Assembly: GCA_010909165.1 (NCBI GenBank)
Contig: VJWM01000328.1
Coordinates: forward strand, 2,466 to 66,465
Source of the DNA: Anthoceros angustus
Taxonomy: Eukaryota; Plantae; Anthocerotophyta
Direction: 5' to 3'
Length of the DNA stretch: 64,000 nucleotides
Of this stretch, positions 49,900 to 60,769 are shown in pieces. Each line of letters begins with the position of its first letter. The stretch's first letter is position 1. The notes under the pieces were generated by a model, which ran no database searches, was not told the origin of the DNA, and worked only from the letters and a program-made list of their open reading frames with translations. The translations under genes and the position numbers were made by a program.

Positions 49900-52800
49900 C
49901 GTGGCAAGGCTGCTCTCCTTCCTCGGTGCGGTGAGCGTAAAACATACCCCTCTCGGCGCGCCTTTGCCCGTGCCAAGGATTGGTTGGGCGACACCTCGTG
50001 GAGCTCGAGCAAGCTGCCTTCAAGAGCAGGATCACCATTGGAGGAGACGGTTTGAGCACGCGAGGCATCGGAACGGACGCGGACGCCGATCGCGGCAACG
50101 TTGTTGTCATCTCTTCTTTGTGGGATTGCGGTTTCGTATGATTCTGTCGATTTCTCCATGTCTTTCTAGTTCGTGAGAAGACATCATCAGCCATGGCTAG
50201 TGGGAGGCGGCAAGAAGGACTGCAAGATGGGCCTTTGTTGGCCCCGGACCCGATGGAAAAGCCGCGCAAGCATCGCAAGACAAAACAGAAGAAGAGCGAC
50301 ACTTTGCCGTGAGAAGGTGGAGCGCGTGTGTCATCGGCACCTGGAGGATCAGTCGGAGGCAAAACCAGCAGTGCAATCGACCATGGTTCGGGAGGAGCCA
50401 GTCTCGGAAAGTCCGGATCGCTGGGTCTCAGGGCAGCAAGCTACGGAGCGGGACAAAAGCGGGCTGGCCAAACCACCTAGGGCAAAAGCTCCAGAACCAT
50501 TCCCTTCTCCTTACACATACGAGGAATCTATCATGATCCGGCACACAAGCAGTAGAAGAAACTAATGCTGGATGGTTTTTAACTAACTGGGAGCTGCAGA
50601 ACGAACTGGACTCCAATGCTGAAGTTGTGGATGTATGGACACGCGGGAGCCTTGCCGAATCAGAGGGCACGAGCAGGGTGGGTGGTGTGGGCAACAATTG
50701 ATATGGAGGAACAGGAGCCACAGTTCGAGATCCTATGCACTAGAAGGCCATATGAATTCAACACTCTTCCAGTAACAACAGAAGATTATAGTGTGTTTCT
50801 GAGTCAGCCAACTTCAATGCCCGCAAGTGTGAGCCGAGCCTTGTCTCGAAATTTCGAGCGGTGCGGTGAGAGTGTGAGTGCGACCCAACACAACCTTTTT
50901 TTAGCATTGCTTGTTGTTTCGAAATGGAGAAACGCTTCACCTTGCTGCTCTTTTCTCGATCTGGTTTGGTCTGCTCAGCCGAAGTGCAGCAGAAAACTAT
51001 GCGAAGCCATTACCTCCTCCATCAAAACACACAAAGTGGAGGTTTCATATCGGATAACGCGCCAAGGACTTGGTGTGTTTGCACAAGGAGAAATGGCATT
51101 TGTTGATGACGAAGAGGAGAATGAGTTTGGGCCATCGGATGAAGAAGATGGGCCAGTCCCGGATGTTTTGGGACATTCAGATGATGAGGCTTCGGGGCAT
51201 GACGGAGAAGGTCGAGGTGGGGAGGTCAGGATGGACCTCCCCGGGGCGTCAATGGATATGATTTCTATCCCATATATCCCAGTAGAGGAAGAGGGAGATG
51301 GAGGACGCCGGCATGCCGGCGCCCTTACTTCGGTATCCCAAGGTCGGAGACACCCTAGCACGTTGGGTGGTGTGGAAGCCCGTTCTGAGGGAAGAGTGGA
51401 CAGACGGCAGGGCGCCGGCATGCCGCGCCCGCTGGGCACATGGGAAGAGGCGCCGGCATGCGCGCCGACATGGGGAAGGGGCCGGCATGCCGCCTGGCAC
51501 ATGGGAAGAAGGGGCCGGCATGCGCGCCCGCCGCTTACAGGGGGCATGCCGGCCGCCCCGACGCAGCGCCGGCATGCGCGCCCGTCGACCATTCTGAGGG
51601 CGCCGCGCCGCGAGGACGATGGGGAAGAAGGGAGCCGCCGGCATGCCGGCGCCCACCCTTCCAAGGAGGGGGTCCATACTCCCAGCGACTCCTCACCACT
51701 TCACAAAAGGCAGAAAACAGGCAAAGGGATGGCAGGAGTAACAGAACACAATCTGGAGTAGTCGAGGGGACGCAAAGTCGGAAGACAGGCAAGCGCGGCA
51801 CCAGACCATCCGACAGCAATGAGATTCAAACTCTTCATGTGGAAACCGACAGTGAGCGCTTGGCGGCGTCGCACATGGAGGAAGACTATCTGACGAATGT
51901 TCGACAGTCTGCATACTCCAAAAAGGTTGTTCCCGAAACTGTTTTGGTAAAACTGGAAAATTTGCGCCCAGCTTCCTTCCTGACCCCTGATGCCCAGATC
52001 CGGAAAGTTGATGAGGCATGGGCCAATTATCTTGCTCGCGTCATTGCTAAGGGGAGGATTGAAGAAGGAGTGCTTCCTCTTCTATGTATGATTGATCCTG
52101 CAGTGCGAGGACATTGAATTGATTGGGAAAGGTTTAGGCGAAGAAGTATGTCATGGGCGTATTAGGTGGAAACCATACCCACGGACCATGAGGCACCTTG
52201 CGGATATCTCACCGGGAAGGCGATTGGATCGAAGCCCATGTGTATTGTGGCCTAACTGTCTCGAGATGAGGATTGCCACCGATCACAACCGGATGGCGGA
52301 CAAGCGAAGAAGATGAATTTTATTGAGCGGTTCGGTATCTCGGGATGAGTTGCGAGATAGCTAAGCGGGATCATGTCATCATGTCCATGAACTGGAAATT
52401 CAATCTCTACAAGGTGCTTGGTTTGATTGAAGACGATGAAGGCCGAAGATGAGCAAGACAAGCGCAATACAAGGTGGACAACAACCCATATCATGCATTG
52501 CAAAACTAGAGGGTAAGGTCCGGGAGAATGTGGACAAAATTTTTCAAGTGGGAAGCGGTGAGCTACCCGAGCGAAGCATGTCGCAGAGAACAAGCAAAAG
52601 AGCAAAGGTAAGCGGAAGGCAACACGAGACAAAACAAGTTGATGGAGTTTTGTGAAGCCCAAAGAGATGCGAGGGAAGCCGTGGCGAAGCTTTCAAGGAA
52701 TCCCTTCGGAGTCGGGACAGATGTTGATAAGTGCCACGGAGAAAGTCGACCGCCTCTTGGACCTGAATCTAATGTCAAGGAAGTTACACTCGGAAGAAAT

Positions 52801-54195
52801 TTCACGTCATTCGTGGCAATGGCAAAACATCCGGGTTGTGACTCATTCAAATGGTGAGACAAGAATACCCTCAACACTCGACGGTTATTGCAAGATTTCA
52901 AACCGCATTTGAGGGCAAGGTAACCATATTTCCTTCCATTCCGTGCGATTGTGAGGCGCGCCGCCCCCGCTCGCCTTCCTCCTCACGCTAACCCATGATG
53001 TTTGCCATTCCATGCACAAGTGAAAGATGTTGAGGACCTAAAGAAATTACGATGATTTTCAAGCCTTTATTCTCGAGGTCCATACATGGAAGGGACTTGA
53101 AAATGAGCAAAAGAGCGCTAGTGATATGGACATGGAGGAAGGGCTTCAATCGTTCACGGTGCCAAAAGCAGAGGACATTGTCAAGTACGGTCATTTCTAG
53201 AGATGCGGCAGATATGAGGGGTTTCTAAGGGTCCAAGTACACCACGATGGTCATGGACATGGAGGATTCAACAGAGGTAAACATGATGTGAAGTTAGACC
53301 ACTTTCAATTGGGAAAAATATTTCACCTGCTCCATGACATGACCATGCCAGAGATGAGAATGATAGTGATGCATGGTGTTGAAGAGCGGCATGTTGTGAG
53401 GGAGGCCATGCGAAAGTGGTGCAGGGAGGAGGGTTGGTGTCTTTGTATGGGACAAGCGAACATGCACAACGACTTGGGTGGGTATGACACTATGGAGTAC
53501 ATCACGATAGGATGGGGGTTAACATCGAGTCAAAGGTCAAAAATCGCATGATCCCTACTAACATCCATGGGTCTTTCAATAATGGGCGGTCATTGGCCAC
53601 CCTACAATGGTGAAGAAGTTGTTGTACACATCATTGGACAAGCTGGTGTGCACTTACCAAAGGCCTTTGGCTTTGATGATGAAGCTCATCAAAAGTTTCT
53701 CGAAGGAGGGACTGGATTTTGGATGTTTGTCTTTGGTAGCGGTCAACAACATTGGCGGCTTTGCTCATGGGCGAATCGCATTGCAATCGAGGTGGACAAG
53801 AGGTGCGCAGAGTTCATTCCCGGAGAATCCATGGGTATGAAGTTCTCCCCACGGTAAGAGGAGTTGAATCATGAGCCACATCGGGACCCACCCGCCTGGG
53901 CAAAAGAGGTTAGTTTGTCCGAGAAGGATGGGTCACATCGCGAGTTGTGCGTTTGGCCGCCAGAATGAAGGAGAAGTCCGGCGACTCCTAGGCGATGGGC
54001 AGGACACGGGTATGGTCAACACGACTCAAAGATCGGGCACTGGAGATGACCATGCCTCAAGACAATGCCATGGAGGAAATTGACAACTTTGAGGACACGA
54101 ACGCTCGACTAAAAGGACTTGAAGTTGTGATGGATGGCGATGTCTGGACAATTTCCTCAGGAAACTCAAACGGCATGGAAGACCATTGTACTTAG
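49900..54195 (+). pseudogene. Element B cargo gene: N-terminal domain, acidic and palindrome-rich linker, ParB-like domain and amino-methyltransferase-like domain
   Basis: QIRKVDEAWANYLAR, VLPLLCMIDP, GVLGGNHT (52162-52179), EMRIATDHN; YQRPLALMMKLIKSFSKEG-DWILD-FGSG...AIEVDK (53655-53800). Boundaries approximate. Confidence 0.78.
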
Positions 54196-54547
54196 GTTCC
54201 ATCAATCCCGCCTCTTATGACATAGACATGTTTGGAACATTATAATATGAGGGTAGTCGCCGCATACCCCCCCCCCTTCTTTCCTTCTCGCATAATACAT
54301 GAAAAAGCTGCTTTGGGGTTCTCCATATCACGTCGTAGTTAAAGTACCGCTTGTTATGCGCGGCCGCATGCCCGGACCTTATCCACCATTACCCTGCGTT
54401 TAAAAACACGTAATCAATCATTCAACCAAGGCTCTGCCTTACATCGCTCGGACACACACACGAAACGGCATGGTTATCACATATTTTCCTAAGCGGCTTC
54501 TTTTCGGGTGGAAGCGGCTTTGTATATTGAGCCGCTTCAAATATTAT

Positions 54548-55400
54548 GCTGTTAGGGCTATGGCTGGAGTGGAAGACAATAGACAGCGGTTAAGAACTTC
54601 CACAGAAATCTTCAATGCGTTGCAGCTATCTTGGTGGGATGGTTTTTGGGAGGAGCAGTTGGCAATAGCGGGTTTAGTAGCGTCAGGTCATCTTCGTCCA
54701 TTGGAAATGGCATGGACATGGTATAACCGGGAAGCGCATGCTCAAGAACCTCCCGTGATGTTTCCTACAAGTAGTGGTGGATGCAAAGACTAGCAAGACG
54801 GTTTGGACAGACCGAGAGATTTATCGGTGCCTCATAGGATCATGAAGCGGAACGGTTGGAACAACAAGCCGAGGATCTTATCGAGATCCAAGCGGCATGA
54901 TGATTGCGGTCCAGCCGCAGATGACCACGAGGCGGCCTTTACGGCTAGGCAAGGTTGTGGAGGTGGACCATGAAGTCGCCGACCCCAAGCACAAATCCAC
55001 CGGTGGCGCACGTAAACCCTAATGCACTTGAGGGTAGGTACTGAGGAAGCGAGTACCCCACCAGCAGTCACAGGAAAGGTAGGCGCGAATCCTTTGAAGA
55101 AACATGTCCAAGCCATCAAGCTTTTGGAGACCACGATCATGGGTTACGATTTTGTGTTGACGAGGAGCAAGGACTTTAAGCAAAAACACCATGGATATGT
55201 TGAAGAGGAAGGTCTTTGAGTTCTGGCGAGCCTAGTGAGGAAGCGGTATGGCTGCCTCCTGGATGGTGAAACCGTGATGAGCGGATTGATTGGGCACAGA
55301 CAACATTGAATCCTCATGCATCTCTGATTATTTGGTGGACTTGATGGCGGTGTGGACTCCGAGGAGCCGGATCCTAACCCACCTAGAATTAATTTTGATG
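54548..55400 (+). pseudogene. Element A transposase, 3' part (after element B)
   Basis: AVRAMAG...LSWWDGFWEEQLAIA aligns with ALRAKD...EEEWWTDLRNDQVEIA of element C; end approximate. Confidence 0.65.
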
Positions 55401-57593
55401 TTGGCTGAGAGAGAGCCGAGGTCATGAGCGATTTCCTAGTTATGTGAAGGTGGTTTGTTTTATTAGGATGTGTGCTCCTCTTTTGGAGTGTTGGCAAGCA
55501 GTGGTTGAGTCTCGTGGCTTCTCCAGGACATCCAGGCACTTGTAACACGTATCATGTTTTGTAAGGTTTCACACTTATCCGGTGTATGGCTGGTGTACCC
55601 CGTTTTTTTGCATGCGAGTACGTTCGACAATTGTATGTAGGATGGGAAGGAATGGGGAGACGAGCGAACCTCCTCCGGCCGTACTCCCCCTCTTGCCCCT
55701 CACTCTCCTTTTATTTTCCATCACGCTCAAGAACTGCGCTTCGGTTGGCGATCCCTGGCGGCTCTTGAGTGCCCAGGGGTGAAGCGGGCGTGAGTGGCCT
55801 TGGGTGGCCGGCAGTGGTGCGTGTTGGTTGAGGGCACCATTTGCGAGGCGCTTATCGGGAGATTGGAAGCTGAGAGGCTTCGCCTGCCGGTGCAGTGTGG
55901 CGCCCGCCCGCTTGCTGCTTACACCTGGCTGGTGCAACAAGCAGCTGCTGCTACTAACCACGGACTTGTGGCACCACCCGCCTTTATGCAGGCTAGTTCT
56001 CTGATTGCGATGAGAACGAGGCGGCGGCTACCACCACGGTGACATCTGACATCGCAGTCAAGAGGGCTAGGAGGAAGACCTCTCGGGCTGGGCCTCAGGT
56101 CCAACACGCGAGGCAATGCTTTTGTTAGGCGATCCGGGCTTCGTGGGCACCCATTTTCCTCACCCCAAACTGACTGTTGGTTCCGGAAGGGAGGTGGGTG
56201 TGAGGTGGCCTTAAGGGAGCCGCTAGGGGTGTGGACCCTTCCAGAGGGATGAGGGTGGAAAGCCAAGGATATATAACCAGGACCTCTCACTTGCCGGGAG
56301 GAGGTGAAGGCAAAGTGAGCTCTGAAGATTCGTAGACCATATTTGGCGGTGAGGAGATCGGGAGTTGTCTCTGGAGGTTGGATGCGAAGGCGTATGGGCG
56401 CTGAGAAGGAGGGAGGAGTTAGCTCGTGATGGTCGCAGCGGCACTGACCCAAAAAGGCTTGGCGGCCAGTGGAGGGAGCGGCCAAGTGAAGGCGAGGCAG
56501 TGAGGATGGCAAGTATGGTTTACGGCCTTACGAGATTCTTATATGGCCGCAGTGTTTTCCATCCTTCTTTGTTGCTTGTGTGTTCTGCGGATATTTGATG
56601 GTGTTGATCAGTGCTAAATGGCACATCTGGTTTGAGTGCCGCTAGTGTTGGTTTCTTGTTCGATGGTGCACATTGGTGTACGAAATTATGCAACGAGACT
56701 AGCCTAGGAATGAGCACTATTGGTTTTGGTTTCCTATAGCAGGATGCTCACTATCGAATAGTGCTTTTGTTGAATCCTTTACACACACTTTGGTCTTTGA
56801 CGGGTACATCGTTTAAAGCATGGTCAATATGGGCATTGTGTGGCTGGTGCTCACCGGACATCCGGGTTTTGGCCAACTGCTTTTCTCGCCTTGTCCCCTG
56901 CTTCATTGCTCATGACAAAGACTTGCGGTGTTTATCCCTTTTATAAGTAAATCACTGCTAGGGTCTGCCTAGTCTAGTGTTCGTTTTAAGCTCGCCTTGT
57001 GTCGTGTATTTTGGATGGCAAATGCGAGAAGGCGATTAGTTAGTTTACATTTGGCTAAATTATACATCTAATTCACCACTTGGATACCAAATGACATGTG
57101 TTGATGCATTTGTTGTATTATGTATAGTGACATGTAGAGACATATTGAACTTGAACTTTCACGTTGCTACATATTTAAAGACACCGTGGGATGTCCGACA
57201 TGAGGGGCATGTGAAGGAAATGAAATGTATCCACAACATTAGTCTCGTCGACTTTGGCCCTTAGTACATATATTCAAAAGCGTCACAAACTTGGCGATTT
57301 TGAAAGACTAACCGATTTTGGAAAAGTGTCCTTGAAAGTGCTGAAAACGCTGGTATTTTCAAACTTGATCCAACCGAGGACCATTATTTGCAAGATCAAA
57401 TGGCATGATAAAGCTAGAAATGGTGTTATGAAAAACCCTGGGTTATCTGCGATGTGTGTTTTTTGACCCTTGTGTCTGGAAAAACCCACGAAATCACGAT
57501 TTGATTTGATTTGATTTCAAATGTAAAATTTGGTCATTTCGACCTCTGTCTCTAAAAAGAGGGGTGTGTCTCCAGGTCTTAGGAGACCTTGTT

Positions 57594-58219
57594 AATTAGT
57601 GGGCGCACTTCTTCAGGAAGAAGTAACAGAGGATGCTTTAAGCCTGCAAACAGCAAGCTTTGTACACCAACAATAAAGGAAAGGGCAAAGCCCAACTTCG
57701 TGAGGTGAGATGAATACCTCGAAGCAGCTCACAAGGAGCTTCTACGTACGCAAGCCCAAGAAGGTCGAAAATGCCACTGTGCCAAATTCCGTGCCATTGG
57801 GAGACCGAGTGTCGAAAGAAGGGCCCCGAGTACCGCAAGGAGGGCAACTCCACTTCACGCATACACGTTGTGGTGACCAAACAGGCTCACCGCAATTTCA
57901 CCGTAGGGACGGGAGTTTTCTTCTCACCCTCTCATAACCCCACATGCTTGCCTCGCAAATACCAAGGCAAACCCATACAGAGTGGTTCCTTGATACAGTG
58001 CAATGCACATCCGTTCGGCTGAAGTTCATTCGGGCATACAGTTAGTTAGTTCGCATTTGTTTACCTAGGTGACGATAGCGGTGCTTGTCGGTGTTGTGAT
58101 CAAGCTACCGATCCTTCGGGCATCACGCCTGTTGGCGTATTTGCATCATGTGTCTAAATGACACTGTAAACAGTTAGAAGGAGATGGAACATGGATAATC
58201 ATAGTCACATCGGGATGGC
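57594..58219 (+). pseudogene. Continuation of the Copia gag (zinc knuckle) and protease
   Basis: LVGALLQEE, CQIPCHWETECRKK knuckle, TEWFLDT protease motif; interrupted again at 58220. Confidence 0.8.
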
Positions 58220-59154
58220 ATAATATTTGAAGCGGCTGAATATACACCAAGCGCTCCGAGGTATTTAAACCGGGAAGGGTGTTTTTGATGGTTGTGAATA
58301 CACCCTTTTGGGATGTAATTGCCAAATTCGCATTGAAAAGCGGGTTTAATCATAGTCATGGCATCTTCCTTTCCACGGACCACTAGTAGAACGGTGGTAC
58401 CGTTGCTGCGACATTTTACGAGGAATAATACCCATGGGCTCCCCATCCTTGCGGGTGCAAAATACTTGCCTCCGTGATTTTCGTGCCATTCATTCCAATC
58501 ATTGTAAAAGAGCGGCGATGATCGTGTTTGAAATCATATTCACGGAACTAAGGAGTGCCATCCGGTCTTTGAAATAATGTTGTAACGCTGAACGCGCCGT
58601 TAGAGGCATGGCGCCGCATGCCGGCGCCGTCAACCGAATGCCGGCCACCATGGAGTTGGATCAAGTGTACATCAACATTGATACCGATTAGTGGATCATG
58701 ATTACGACATGCACTGGTGGATTGTGAAACAACGGTCAATGCTCATCAACGCCTAAATGCGTCATATCGAAGGGGTTTTCACTAGTGAAAGGCAACCATA
58801 CATGCGGGATGGTATGCGGCCGACGGAAGTATGTCCACGAGAAGGCGAGGTTTGGAAGGAACTCAATGCCGGCATGATGTCACACGCTTGTCTTAACAAA
58901 GATTTCAAGCGAAAGTAATATATTGTCGCGGCATGTTATCATGAAACTATAATCCAGTCGCGGCATGTTATCATGAAACTAGGTGCGGAGTTGTTCCACA
59001 CTTATTCCCAAACCCAAAACTAATGACATTACTCCTCGCCTGAATCGAGACCCTCACCCCCTCCTTCAATGACGTCATTACCATCATTGTCACTCTCCAT
59101 CGCCTCATTGGAAGTGCATTGGAGGTGCATTCGGAGAGCACTCACTTTTCCTTT

Positions 59155-60690
59155 ATAGCTTTTTATCCGCTTGCATGAGATGTTTCGGAAGTTAGTTTAA
59201 AACCATAGTATACTATAACGGTTTCCGCACAAACAACTTTTGGATGTTTGGAGGTCTTTGCTCTTTCTTTTCGCAGTGGCTCTCTCCATTCCACTCCTCA
59301 AAATACTCCCCAACATATTTGCCCTCGTAAGCATCGGTGTGGTCCGTTCGCCACGTGCACAAGTATATAGGGTTGGTGAGATGGACATTAAGAACCTTCG
59401 CTACCTGCATATGTGTCGCCACACGCGTCACAATGAACATTCCTTTCTCTATCTCCGTGATATTGCCATTCATCCTCTCCATTTCCTCCTCCGGCGTCGA
59501 TACTTTGATAGGCCCCTGTGCATGGCCCTTTGTGGTATTTCGCGAACAAAGCCTCATCCAATCGCTTCATCCATATTCGCATTGGAGGAACGCAGCTCAC
59601 CACGCCTGCCGTACCATCTCCGTGGGTTATGCGACAAGTCCAATGTTATGGTCTACAATATTTGCGATTTCAACTTGATCATTCCGTAAATCCGTCCACC
59701 ATTCTTCCTCCGCAGTAGTCAAATAAGTTGGTAGCTTTATCAATCCTTTCTTCAAGTGATCCACGCCTTCACGTGCGTTAAGACCACTTCCCTTTTTGTC
59801 TTTTGCCCGCAGTGCCATCAAGGGAGTCGGGCCGATGACGGCGTCTGGAACATGAGACAAAAACTCCAGCCCATCTTCGGATTCCCACAATGGCGAGGTA
59901 GAGTACTGCTTACTTCGAATGACAGTTACCTTTCCGCGGCCGACTTTGTCTTCCCGTGTGATTTTGAACTGGTGTTGAAATGATAGGTTGTTCAACTTCC
60001 GCACTGCACTGTATTTCACCACAATCCTCGCTCCTATAGGCCACACGAATGACCTAAGTCGGCAACCTCTCAACACAATTACCTCTGGATTTGGCGTGAA
60101 TGACTCCTCAAAATTTCTTGCATTGTAGGCGGGGACACAGCCTCTTTATGCTTTAAATGCTTGGAGAAACAAGAGAACATTTGATCTACCGGTCGGTGTG
60201 TATGCCCGACAAGAAGGAAACCAACCTTCACTTTCTCAAACGCCCATTCCGATCCTATGGGTGCGGCACTTGCACCTCTCTTCGAAAAGGGAATCAAGCA
60301 CTCGCATGAACTCGGCATCATCTCCTTCCCGCACTTCATCTCCGGAACAGACTCAACATGTTCAAATTTTGTGAATGCCAATTGAACGCAAGCTAGGCGA
60401 TGACATAATGCTCACCAAGCAAATGAACAAAGCATTACCGGCCGCCTTCAGAGTGCGTGCTGCAGATGGTTGCTGGCGTTGTAGCTCGCCGCCACGGCCC
60501 AATCGCCCTCCACAGTGACTCCACCGAGCTTCGCTCTTTTAGTTCATCCTCGCCATCAAAAGAGCTCAAGGTCGTTAAAATAGGAAATGAGTGATTTGAG
60601 ACCCACAGACACGCCATACCAATGTGCTTTTGCCGAACTAATGACGGCCGCAAAAAGCAATGCCGCATGGTACGCGCCGCCGGCTCATTT
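59155..60690 (-). pseudogene. Element C transposase, C-terminal half
   Basis: VGFLLVGHTHRPVDQMFS, HQFKITRE, GPTPLMALRAK, EEEWW, WRTDHTDAYEGKY. Confidence 0.82.
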
Positions 60691-60769
60691 ATTCAAAACG
60701 ACTACCGGATCATTAGGGTGACGGCGTGATGAACGCGGGCTTCTTAAGGTGCGCCCCGATTAGGGTTTA

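Larger units (their letters stand above)
45096..54547. mobile_element. Element B (9,452 bp): a second TIR transposon family nested in the element A transposase
   Basis: Perfect 28-bp inverted repeats ATAATATTTGAAGCGGCTCAATATACAA (45096-45123 / 54520-54547). The flanks GPVR and AVRAM...SWWDGF rejoin a transposase segment matching GPTPLMALRA...EEEWW in element C. Confidence 0.88.
33444..57593. mobile_element. Giant composite TIR DNA transposon, element A (24,150 bp including nested element B), Sola1-like
   Basis: Perfect 17-bp TIR AACAAGGTCTCCTAAGA (33444-33460 / 57577-57593); AATT duplicated at 33440-33443 and 57594-57597; removing the element restores gag TTFAELVGALLQEE. Confidence 0.92.

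Noticed and set aside
51040-51095. SET domain suggested by RQGLGVFA
   Set aside because: No NHSC or ELxxDY motifs follow; an acidic tract comes next.
33440-57597. TTAA TSD (piggyBac, Sola3 or Kolobok) reading of element A
   Set aside because: It leaves a 4-bp frameshift in the host gag, whereas the AATT reading restores AELVGALLQEE.
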